Assembly: GCF_009914755.1 (NCBI RefSeq)
Contig: NC_060940.1
Origin: the human T2T-CHM13v2.0 reference genome, Homo sapiens
Reading direction: 5' to 3' (one strand)
Length of the DNA stretch: 64,000 nt
A program made the position numbers and the translations under genes. The notes below the pieces were generated by a model that was given only the letters and a program-made list of their open reading frames with translations, was not told where the DNA came from and searched no databases. How positions within the stretch are numbered: position 1 is the stretch's first letter; each line of letters begins with the position of its first letter. Shown here piece by piece: positions 13,101-26,800 of this stretch.

Positions 13101-16100
13101 CATTAGATTCCATTTGATGATTCCATTCGATTCCATTTGACGATGATTCCATTCGATTCCATTTGATGATTCCATTCTATTCTATTCGATTATGATTCCA
13201 TTCGATTCCATTTGAAGATGATTGGATTCGATTCCATTTGATGATTTCATTTGATTCCATTCGTTAATGATTTCGATCAACTCCATTCGATGATTCCATT
13301 TGATTCCATTCGATAATGATTACATCCGAGTCCATTCGATGATTCCATTTGAGCCCGTTCGATAATTCCATTTGAGTCCAATCAATGATTCCATTCATTT
13401 CCATTCAATGATTCCATTCGAGTCCATTTGATCATTCTGGTAGGGTCCGTTCGATGTTGATTCCATTGGAGTGCATTCGATGATTCCATTCGAGTCCATT
13501 TTATGATTTGATTCGAGTCCTTTCGATGATTCCATTCGATTCCACTCGATGATGATTTCATTCGAGTCCATTCGACACTTCCAATCGATTCCATTTGATG
13601 TTTCCATTCGAGTCCAATTGATGATTCCATTCAATTCCATTCGATGATGATTCCGTACGATTCCATTCTGTGATGATTCCATGTGATTGCATTCAATGAT
13701 GATTCCTTTCAATTGCATTCGATTATGATTCATTTCGTGTTCATTCTATGGTTCCACAGGTTTCCATTCGATGACGTTTCCGTTCGTGTCCATTCCATTA
13801 TTCCATTCTATTTCATTTGATGATGATTCCATTCGATTCCATTCATTGGTGATTCCACTCAATTCCATTCAATGATTCCATTCCATTTCTTTCAACAATG
13901 ATTCCATTAGTTTCTATTCGATGATCCACTTGATTCCATTTGGCGATGATTCCATTCGTGTCCATTCGATGATTCCATTTGATTCCATATGATGATGATT
14001 CCATTCGATTCCATACCATGATGATTCCATTCGAGTCCATTCAATGGTGATTCCATTCAATTCCATTCGATGATTCCTTCCGATTCCATTCGATGATGAT
14101 GGCATTCGATTCCTTTCAATCATTCCCTTTGATTCCATTCAAAGGTGATTTCATTCAAGTCCATTCGATAATTGCATTCGATTCCATTCTATGATGATTC
14201 CATTCGAGTCCATTTGATGATTCCATTCAATTCAAGTCAATGATGATTCCATTCGATTCCACTCGATGATTCCATTGGATTCCATTCGATGATGATTCCA
14301 TTCAAATCCATTCGATAATTCAATTCAAGTCCATTCGATGATGATTCCAATCGAATCCATTCAAAGATTCCATTCAATTCCATTCGATGATGATTCCCTT
14401 AGATTCCATTCGATGATTCCACTTGATTCCATTTACGATGATTCCATTCGATTCCATGTGATGAATCCATTCAATTCTATTCAATGATGTTTCCATTTGA
14501 TTCCATTGGACCATGATTGCCTTTGATTCCATTCAATGATTCCATTCGGTTCCATTTGATGATGATTCCGTTCGATTCCATTTCATTATTCCATTTGATT
14601 CCATTGGATGAGTCCATTCGATTACATTCGATGATTATTCCATTCGAGTGCATTAGATGATTGCATTCGAGTCCATTCGATGATTCCATTCGATTCCATT
14701 CGATGTTGATTCTGTTCAAATCCATTCGATGATTCCACTCGATTCCATTCGATGACTCCATTTGATCCCATTCGATGATTTCCTGTGATTCCCTTTGATG
14801 ATCATTCTATTTGATTCAATTCGGTGATTTCATTTCATTCCATTCAGTGATGTTTCCATTCGACTGTATTCGATGATGATTCCATTCGACTCCATTCGAT
14901 TATGATTTCATTCAATTCCATTCAATAATGATTCCCTTCGAGTCCATTCGATGATTCCATTCGATTCCATTCAACGATGATTTGATTCGTTTCCATTCGA
15001 TGATTCCATTTGATTCCACTTGATGATGATTCCATTCGAGTCCATTTGATGATTCCATTCGAGTCTATTTATGTATTATATTCGTGTCCACTTCATGATT
15101 CCATTCAATTCCATTTAATGTTGATTCCATTTGATTCCATTTGATGATTCAGTTCGATTCCTTGCAATGATTCCCTACGATTCCTTTCTATGATGATTCC
15201 ATTCGATTCCATTCATTGATGATTTCATTCGACTCCATTCGATGATGATTCCTTTCGATTCCATTTGACGATGTTTCCATTCGAGTCCATTCGATGATGA
15301 TTCTATTCAATTCTGTTCTATTATGATTCCATTCGATTTCATTCAATGCTTCTATTTGATTCCATTCGATGATGATTCCATCTCTTTCCCTTCGATGATT
15401 CCATTTGATTCCATTCAGTGATGATTCCATTTGATTCCATCTGATGATGATTTCACTTGATTCCTTTCAATGATGATTCAATTCAAGTCCATTCGATGAT
15501 TCCATTGGAGTCCAAACGATCATTCCGTTCGATTCCATTCAATGGTGATTCCATTCATGTCCATTCGATGAATCCATTCAATTCCATTCGATGATGACTC
15601 CATTCGAGTACATTCGATGATTCCATTTGATTCCATTGGAAGATGATTCCATTCAATTCCATTCGAAGATGATTCCATTCAATTCCATTCGATGATGATT
15701 CCGTATGAATCCATTCTCTGATTATTCCATTCGATTCCATTCATTGACGATTCCATTCAATTCCATTCAATGATGATTCTCTTCTATTCCATTCGATGAT
15801 TCCGGTCGATTCCATTCGATGATGATTCCATTAGATTCCATTCGATTGTTGCATTCGATTCCCTTCGATGATGATTCCTTTGAATTCCATTCGATTATCA
15901 TTCCGTATGAATCCATTTGATGATTATTCCATTGGATTCCTTTCGATGATGATTCCATTCGATTCCATTTGATGATGTTTCTCTTGTATTCCATTGGATA
16001 ATTCCTTTCCGTTCCCTTCGATGATTATTCTTTCGAGTCAATTCGATGATTCTATTCCATTCCCTTCGATGATGATTCCATTTCACTCCATTTGATGATT

Positions 16101-19100
16101 CCATTCGACTCAATTTGGTGATGATTCAATTCGATGACATTCGATGACTCCATTCAATTTCATTTGATGATGATTACATTCGAGTCCATTTGATGATTGT
16201 ATTCCTTTCCTTTTGATGATTATTCCATTCGTGTCTATTCAAAGGTTCCATTCTATTCCATTCAATGATGATTGCATTTGATTCCATTCAATGATTATGG
16301 CTATCGATTCCACTCGTTGATTCCATTTGATTCCGTTCGATGATTATTCCGTTAGATTCCATTAGAAGATTCCATTCGATTTTATTCAATGATTCCAATG
16401 GATTCCATTCAATGATGATTCCATTCGACTCCATTCAGTGATTCCATTCGAGTCCATTTGATGATTCTATTCTTTTCCATTTGATGATGATTCCATTAGG
16501 GTCCATTCAATGATTCCATTCGAGTCCATTCGTTAATGCCTTTCGAGTCCTTTTGATCACTACATTCGAGTCCATTCAATGATTCTATTCGATTCCATTC
16601 CATGATGATTCCATTCGAGTTCATTCGATGATTGCATTTGAGTCCATTTGATGATTCCATATGATTCCATTCGACAATGATTCCATTCGTGTCCATTTGA
16701 TGATTCCATTCATTTCCTATCGATGAAGATTCCATTCAAGTGTATTCGATGATTCCATTCAAATCCATTCGATGATGATTCCATTCCAGTCCATTCGATC
16801 ATTCCACTTGATTCCATTTGATGACTATTCCATTCAAATCCATTTGATGATTCCATTCGATTCCATTCGATGTTACCATTCGAGTATATACGATGATTCC
16901 ACTCGATTCCATTTGATGATTATTCCATTGGAGTCCACTTAGTGAATCCTTTAGATTCTACTCGAAGATGATTCCATTCGAGTCCATTCGATGATACCAT
17001 TCAATTCCATTCGTTGATGCTTCCATTCAAGTGCATTCGATGATATCATTCGATTCCATTTGATGATAATTCCATTTGATTCCATGCGATGATTCTATTC
17101 GATTCCATTCAATGATAATTCCATTCAATTCAGTGATTCCTCTGGACTCCATTTGATGATGATTCCATTCAATGATTCCATTCGATTCTATTCGAAAATG
17201 ATTCCATTTGAATCCATTTGATGATGATTCCATTGGATTCAATTTGATGATTCCATTCGATTCCATTCGATGATGATTCCATTCGATTCCTTTTGATGAA
17301 TCCATTCTATTGTATTCGATGATGATTCCATTCGATTCCATTCGATGATGATTGGATTCGATTCCATTTGATGATTTCATTTGATTCCATTCGATAATGA
17401 TTTCGATCAATTTCATTCGATGATTCCATTCGATTCCATTCGATAATGATTACATCCGAGTCCATTCGATGATTCCATTTGAGCCCGTTCGATAATTCCA
17501 TTTGAGTCCAATCAATGATTCCATTCATTTCCATTCAATGATTCCATTCGAGTCCATTTGATCATTCCGGTAGGGTCCGTTCGATGTTGATTCCATTGGA
17601 GTGCATTCGATGATTCCATTCGAGTCCATTTTAGGATTTGATTCGAGTCCTTTCGATGATTCCATTCGATTCCACTCGATGATTTCATTCGAGTCCATTC
17701 GACACTTCCAATCGATTCCATTTGATGTTTCCATTCGATTCCAATTGATGATTCCATTCAATTCCATTCGATGATGATTCCGTACGATTCCATTCTGTGA
17801 TGATTCCATGTGATTGCATTCAATGATGATTCCTTTCGATTGCATTCGATTATGATTCATTTCGTGTTCATTCTATGGTTCCACAGGTTTCCATTCGATG
17901 ATGTTTCCATTCGTGTCCATTCCATTATTCCATTCTATTCCATTTGAAGATGATTCCATTCGATTCCATTCATTGGTGATTCCACTCAATTCCATTCAAT
18001 GATTCCATTCCATTTCTTTCAACAATGATTCCATTAGTTTCTATTCGATGATCCACTTGATTCCATTTGACAATGATTCCATTCGTGTCCATTCGATGAT
18101 TCCATTTGATTCCATATGATGATGATTCCATTCGATTCCATACGATGATGATTCCATTCGAGTCCATTCAATGGTGATTCCATTCAATTCCATTCGATGA
18201 TTCCTTTCGATTCCATTCAATGATGATGGCATTCGATTCCTTTCGATCATTCCCTTTGATTCCATTCAAAGGTGATTTCATTCAAGTGCATTCGATAATT
18301 GCATTCGATTCCATTCTATGATGATTCCATTCGAGTCCATTTGATGATTCCATTCAATTCAAGTCAATGATGATTCCATTCGATTCCACTCGATGATTCC
18401 ATTGGATTCCATTCGATGATGATTCCATTCAAATCCATTCGATAATTCAATTCAAGTCCATTCGATGATGATTCCAATCGAATCCATTCAAAGATTCCAC
18501 TCAATTCCATTCGATGATGATTCCCTTAGATTCCATTCGATGATTCCACTTGATTCCATTTACGATGATTCCATTCGATTCCATGTGATGATTCCATTCA
18601 ATTCTATTCAATGATGTTTCCACTTGATTCCATTCGAACATGATTGCCTTTGATTCCATTCAATGATTCCATACGGTTCCATTTGATGATGATTCCATTC
18701 GAGTGCATTAGATGATTCCATTCGAGTCCATTCGATGATTCCATTCGATTCCATTCGATGTTGATTCTGTTCAAATCCATTCGATGATTCCACTCGATTC
18801 CATTCGATGACTCCATTTGATCCCATTCGATGATTTCCTTTGATTCCCTTTGATGATCATTCCATTTGATTCAATTCGGTGATTTCATTTGATTCCATTC
18901 AGTGATGTTTCCATTCAACTCCTTTCGATGATGATTCCATTCGACTCCATTCGATTATGATTTCATTCAATTCCATTCGATAATGATTCCCTTCAAGTCC
19001 ATTCGATGATTCCATTCGATTCCATTCAACGATGATTTGATTCGTGTCCATTCGATGATTCCATTTGATTCCATTTGATGATGATTCCATTCGAGTCCCT

Positions 19101-20179
19101 TTCATGATTCCATTCAATTCCATTCTCCGATGATTTCTTTTGAGCCCATTCAATGCTTCCACTCGATTCCATATGATGATGACTCCATTTGATGAAATTC
19201 CGTGATGATTCCATTCGCTTGCATTCGATGATGATTCCACTTGAGTCCGTTAGAAGATTCTATTCAATTACATTCCATGACGATTCTGTTCGAGTCCATT
19301 TGATGATTCCATTAGACTCCATTTGACGATGATTCCATTCGATGTTATTCGATGATGATTCCATTCAACTCCATTCGATGTTTCCATTCGAGTTCATTCT
19401 ATTATTCCATTAGATTCCATTCGATGATGATTCCATTCGATTCCATTTGATGATTGCATTCTATTTCATTTGATGATGATTCCATTCGAGTCCATTCGAT
19501 GATTCCATTCGAGTCCATTTAATGAATCCATTGGTTTCAATTCTATGATGATTACATTGGATTCCATTCGTTGATGATTTCATTCGATTCCATTCAATGA
19601 TGATTCCATTCAATTCCATTCAATGATTCCATTCAATTCCATACGATGATGATTCCATTTGATTTGATTCGACAGTGAGCCATTCGATTCAATTCCATGA
19701 TGATTCTATTTTATTCAATTGGTTGACATTTCCATTCGATTCCATTCGATGATGATTCCCTTTGATTCCATTCAAAGATGATTCCATTCTAGCCCATTCA
19801 ATCATTCCATTCGATTCTATTCAATGATGATTCCATTCATGTCGATTTGGTGATTCCATTTGACTTCATTTGATGATGATTCCTTTCAAGTTCATTAGAT
19901 GATTCCATTCGATTCCATTTGATGATGATCCCATTCGAGTCCATTCAGTGATTCCACTCGTTTCCATTCCATGATGATTCCATTCCATTCCATTCAATGA
20001 TTCCATTCGATTCCGTTTGATGATGATTTCATTCGAGTCCATTTGATGATTCCATTTGATTCCATTCGATGATGATTACATTCGAGTCCATACGATGATT
20101 CCACTCAATTCCATATGATGATGATTCCATTCGATTCCATTCGATGATTCCATTCTATTCTATTCAATGGCGATTCCAT
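10187..20179 (+). repeat. Unit X, copy 2 (9,993 bp)
   Basis: Matches 1-10186 almost exactly up to ~19240. It then carries a different tail with a 23-bp deletion (~19350) and a 170-bp deletion (~20070). Confidence 0.92.
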
Positions 20180-23100
20180 TCGAGTACATTAGATGATTCC
20201 ATTCGATTCCATTCAATGATGATTCTATTTGTGTCCCTTAGATGGTTCCACATGATTCCATTTCATGATGATACTATTTGAGCCCATCCAATGATTCCCT
20301 TCGATTCCATTCGATGAGGATTCCATTCGATTCAATTCATTGGTGATTCTATTCAATTCAATTCTTTGATTCAATTCCATTCCATTCGACAATGATTCCA
20401 TTCGATTTCTTTCGATGATTCCACTCGATTCCACTTGACATTGATTCCATTCGATTCCATTCAATGATTCCGTTTGATTCCAGTGGATGATGATTGCCAT
20501 CGATTCCATTCGATCACTCCATTCTATTCCATTTGATGATGATTACATTCGATTCCATTTGATGATTCCATCTGATTCTATTCGAGGATTCCATTTGATT
20601 CCATTCGATGATGATTCCATTCGAGTGCATTCGATGATTTCATTCGAGTACATCCAATGATTCCATTCGAGTCCATTTGATGATTCCATTTAATTCCATT
20701 TGATTATGATTCTACTAGAGTCCATTCAATGACTCCATTCGAATCCATTCAACAATTCCATTCGAGGCCATTCGATGATTCCATTTCATGATTCCATTCG
20801 AGTCCATTTAATCATTACAGTCGAGTCCATTTGGTGATTCCTTTCAATTCCATTCTATGATGATTCCATTCGAGTCCATTCGATGATTCCATTCGATTGC
20901 ATTCGATGATTCCATTATATTCCATTCAACAATGATTCCATTCGAGTCCATTTGATGATTCCATTAGAGTACATTTAATGATTGCTTTGTTTTCAATTCG
21001 AAGATGATTACATTGGATTCCATTCTATGATACCATTCGATTCCATTCAATGATGATTCCACTCAAATCCATTGGATGATTCCATTCGTGTCCATTCGGT
21101 GATTTCATTAGATTCCATTCGAGGATGATTCCATTCGATTCCATTCGATGATTCCATTCAATTCCATTCGATGATGATTCCATTCCAGTCCATATGATCA
21201 TTCCATTTGATTTCATTCGATGATGATTCCATTCGATTCCATTCGATGATTCCATTCTATTCCATTCGATGATGATTCCATTCGAGTCCATTCGATGATT
21301 CCATTCGAGTCCATTTAATGATTCCATTGGGTTCAATTCAATGATGATTACATTGGATTCCGTTCTATGATTCCATTCAATTCCGTTCATTGACAATTTG
21401 ATTCCATTCGATGATGATTCCATTTGAGTTCATTCGATGATTCTATTCGATTCTCTTCGATGGTGATTCAATTCTATTATATTGGATGATTCCATTCGAT
21501 TCCATTTGATGTTGATTCAATTCGATTCTATTCGATGATGATTCCATTGGATTTCACTTGATGATTCTATTCGATTCCATTCAATGATGATTCACTTCTC
21601 GTCCATTGGATGATTCCATTTCATTCCATTCGATGATGATTCCATTCGATTCCATTCGATGATTCCATTTGATTCCATGCGTCGGTGAGCAATTCGATTC
21701 AATTCCATGATGATTCTATTTGATTCAATTAGATGATGTTTCCATTCGAATCCATTCCATGATTATTCCATTGGAATCCATTCGGCGATGATTCCATATG
21801 AGTCAATTCAATGATGATTCCATATGGGTCCGTTCGATGATAATTCCATTTGATTTCATTCGATGCTTCTATTCAATTCCAGTCGATGATGATTCCGTTG
21901 GAGTCCATACGATGATTCCATTTGATTTCATTTGATGATGATTCCATTCGATGATGATTACATTGGATTCCATTCTGTGATTCCATTCAATTCCATTCGT
22001 TGATGATTCGATTCCATTCAATGATGATTCCATTTGAGTTCATTCGATGATTCTATTCGATTCCGTTCGATGGTGATTCAATTCTCTTATATTGGATGAA
22101 TCCACTCGATTCCATTTGATGATTATTCCACTGGAGTCCACTTAGTGAATCCTTCAGATTCTACTCGAAGATGATTCCATTCATGTCCATTCGATGATAC
22201 CATTCAATTCCATTCGTTGATGCTTCCATTCAAGTGCATTCGATGATATCATTCGATTCCATTTGATGATAATTCCATTTGATTCCATGCGATGATTCTA
22301 TTCGATTCCATTCAATGATAATTCCATTCAATTCAGTGATTCCTCTGGACTCCATTTGATGATGATTCCATTCAATGATTCTATTCGATTCTATTCGATA
22401 ATGATTCCATTTGAATCCATTTGATGATGATTCCATTCGATTCCATTCGTTTCCATTTGACGATGATTTGATTCGTGTCCATTCGATGATTCCATTTGAT
22501 TCCACTTGATGAGGATTCCATTCGAGTCCATTTGATGATTCCATTCAATTCCATTCTCCGATGATTTCTTTTGAGCCCATTCAATGCTTCCACTCGATTA
22601 CATATGATGATGACTCCATTCGATGAAACTCGATGATGATTCCATTCGCTTGGATTCGATGATGATTCCACTTGAGTCCGTTAGAAGATTCTATTCAATT
22701 ACATTCCATGACGATTCCGTTCGAGTCCATTTGATGATTCCATTACACTCCATTCGACAATGATTCCATTCAATGTTATTCGATGATTCCATTCGATCTC
22801 ATTCGATGATGATTCCATTCAACTCCATTCGATGTTTCCATTCGAGTTCATTCTATTATTCCATTAGATTCCATTCGATGATGATTCCATTCGATTCCAT
22901 TTGATGATTGCATTCTATTTCATTTGATGATGATTCCATTCGAGTCCATTCGATGATTCCATTCGAGTCCATTTAATGAATCCATTGGTTTCAATTCTAC
23001 GATGATTATATTGGATTCCATTCGTTGATGATTTCATTCGATTCCATTCAATGATGATTCCATTCAATTCCATTCAATGATTCCATTCAATTCCATGCGA

Positions 23101-23803
23101 TGATGATTCCATTTGATTTGATTCGACAGTGAGCCATTCGATTCAATTCCATGATGATTCTATTTGATTCACTTGGTTGACATTTCCATTCGGTTCCATT
23201 CGATGATGATTCCATTTGATTCCATTCAAAGATGATTCCTTTCTAGCCCATTCAATCATTCCATTCGATTCTATTCAATGATGATTCCATTCATGTCGAT
23301 TTGGTGATTCCATTTGACTTCATTTGATGATGATTCCTTTCAAGTTCATTAGATGATTCCATTCGATTCCATTTGATGATGATCCCATTCGAGTCCATTC
23401 AGTGATTCCACTCGTTTCCATTCCATGATGATTCCATTCCATTCCATTCAATGATTCCATTCGATTCCGTTTGATGATGATTTCATTCGAGTCCATTTGA
23501 TGATTCCATTTGATTCCATTCGATGATGATTCCATTCGAGTCCATTCGATGATTCTATTCGAATCCATTTGATGATTTCTTTTGATTATATTTGGTGATG
23601 ATTCCATTGGAGTCCATTCAATGATTCCATTCGATTCCAATCGATGGTGGTTCCATTAGAGTCCATTTAATGATTCCATTTGATTCCAGTCTCTGATGTT
23701 TACATTCGAGTCCATACGATGATTCCACTCAATTCCATATGATGATGATTCCATTCGATTCCATTCGATGATTCCATTCTATTCTATTCAATGGTGATTC
23801 CAT
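20180..23803 (+). repeat. Short unit Y, copy 1 (3,624 bp)
   Basis: Lies between marker starts 20180 and 23804. It is collinear with X but lacks 650 bp (~20840) and ~1.83 kb (~22460) and has no D block. Confidence 0.9.
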
Positions 23804-26800
23804 TCGAGTACATTAGATGATTCCATTCGATTCCATTCAATGATGATTCTACTTGTGTCCGTTAGATGATTCCACATGATTCCATTAGATGATGATACTA
23901 TTTGAGCCCATCCAATGATTCCCTTCGATTCCATTCGATGAGGATTCCATTCGATTCAATTCATTGGTGATTCTATTCAATTCAATTCTTTGATTCAATT
24001 CCATTCCATTCGACAATGATTCCATTCGATTTCTTTCGATGATTCCACTCAATTTCACTTGACATTGATTCCATTCGATTCCATTCAATGATTCCATTTG
24101 ATTCCAGTGGATGATGATTGCCGTCGATTCCATTCGATCACTCCATTCTGTTCCATTTGATGATGATTACATTCGATTCCATTTGATGATTCCATCTGAT
24201 TCTATTCGAGGATTCCATTTGATTCCATTCGATGATGATTCCATTCGAGTCCATTCGATGATTTCATTCGAGTACATCCAATGATTCCATTCGAGTCCAT
24301 TTGATGATTCCATTTCATTCCATTTGATTATGATTCTACTAGAGTCCATTCAATGACTCCATTCGAGTCCATTCAACAGTTCCATCCGAGTCCATTCGGT
24401 GATTCCATTCGTTTCCATTTGATGATTCCATTCGAGTCCATTTAATCATTACAGTCGAGTCCATTTGGTGATTCCACTGGATTTCTTTTGATAATGATAC
24501 CATTCAATTACATTTGATGATGATCCCATTCAATTTCATTTGATGATGATTCCATTAGAGTCCATTCCATGATTTCATTCGAGTCCCTTCATTGATTCCA
24601 TCCGATTTCATTTCATGATGACTCCATTCGAGTCCATTCGATGATTCCACTCGATTCCTTTAGATGATTCCATTGGAGTCCATTTGATTGTTCCATTCGA
24701 TTCCATTCGATTCCTTTCGAAGATTATTCCATTTGAGTCCATTCGATGATGATTCCATTCCATTCCATTCGATGATTCCGTTTGATTCCATTCGATGATT
24801 CCCTGTGATTCCTTTCTATGATGATTCCATTCCATTCCATTCAATGATTCCATTCGAATCTATTCCATGATGATTCCTTTCGATTCCATTCGCTGATGTT
24901 TCCGTTCAATTCCATTCGATGATGATTCCATTCGATTCCATTCATTGAGGATTCCATTGGATTCCATTCAATGATGATTCCATTCTATTCCATTCAATGA
25001 TTGCATTCAATTCCATTCAATGATTATGCCATTAGAGTAAATTCAACGATTCCATTCAATACCATTCGATGATGATTCCTTTTGAGTCCATTCAATGATT
25101 TCATTCAAGTCCATTTGATGATTCCTTTCAATTCCATTCCATGATGATTCCATTCGAGTCCATTCGATGATTCCATTCGATTGCATTCGATGATTCCATT
25201 ATATTCCATTCAACGATGATTCCATTCGAGTCCATTCGATGATTCCATTAGAGTACATTTAATGATTGCTTTGTTTTCAATTCGAAGATGATTACATTGG
25301 ATTCCATTCTATGATTCCATTCGATTCCATTCATTGATGATTCCACCCAATTCCATTCGATGATGATTCCATTCGATTTCAATGATTCTACTCGATTCCA
25401 TTCAATGATGATTCAATTCTATTCCGTTTGATGATTCCATTAGATTCCATTCTATGATGATTCCATTCGAGTCCATTCGAAGATTTCATTCGATTACATT
25501 CCATGACGATTCCATTCGAGTCCATTCGATGATTCCATTTGAATCCATTCGACGATGATTCCATTTGATGCTATTCGATGATTCCATTGGATTCCATTCG
25601 ATGATGATTCCATTCGACTTGATTTGATGTTTCTATTTGAGTCCATTCGGTTATTTTATTAGACTACATTCGATGATGATTCCATTCGATGCCATTCAAT
25701 GATTCCATTTGATTCCACTCAATGATGATTGCATTCGTGTCCATTCGATGATTCCATTTGGTTCCATTTGATGATGATTCCATTCGAGTCCATTCGATGA
25801 TACCATTCAATTCCATTCGATGATCATTCCATTCGAATCCATTTGATGATTCCACTCAATTCCATTTGATGACTCCTTTCATTCCCATTCGATGATTCCC
25901 TTCAGTTCCAATTGGATGATCTTTCCATTTGATTCAATATGGTGACTCCATTCTATTATATTCAATGATGATTCCATTCGACTCCATTAGATGATGACTC
26001 CATTCCATTCCATTCGATTGTGATTTCATTCGATTCCATTCGAAGATGATTCCATTCGAGTCCATTTGATGATTCCATTCGATTCCATTCAATGATGATT
26101 CCACTCAAATCCATTGGATGATTCCATTCGTTTCCAATTGGTGATTTCATTAGATTCCATTCGAGGATGATTCTATTCGAGTCCATTCAATGATTCCATT
26201 GGATTCCGTTTGATAATGATTCCATTAGAGTTCATTCGATGATTCCCTTCGAGTCCATTCGATTATTTCTTTTGATTCCATTTGATGATGATTCCATTCG
26301 ATTCCATTCAATGATTCCATTCCATTCCATTCGATGATGATTCCATTCGATAATGATTACATTCAAGCCCATGTGATGATTCCATTAGATTCTATTCAAT
26401 GATGATTCCATTCGACCACATTCGATGATGGCATTCGAGTCCATTCGATGATTTCACTCGATTCCACTTGATGATGATTCCTTTTGAGTCCATTTGATGA
26501 TTACATTCGAGTCCATGAGATGACTCCATTCGATTCCATTTCATGATGATGCAATTCGAGGCTATTCGATCATCCCATTTTAGTGCATTCGGTGATTCTC
26601 TTTTATTACATTCGATGAGGGCTCCATTCGAGTCCATTCAATGATTCCATTAGATTCCACTCGATGATGATTCCATTTGAGTCCATTCAAAGATTCCTTT
26701 CGAGTCCATTCGATAATTCTATTGGATTCCACTAGGTGATGATTCCTTTCGAGTCAATTCGATGATTCCTTTCAAGTGCCTTCAATGATTCCATTCGATT

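Noticed and set aside
1-20179. The 10,186-bp tandem copy as a pure assembly artefact
   Set aside because: The copies differ at several plausible CpG-type SNPs and have different tails, which favours a real duplication. Only spanning reads can fully exclude an artefact.
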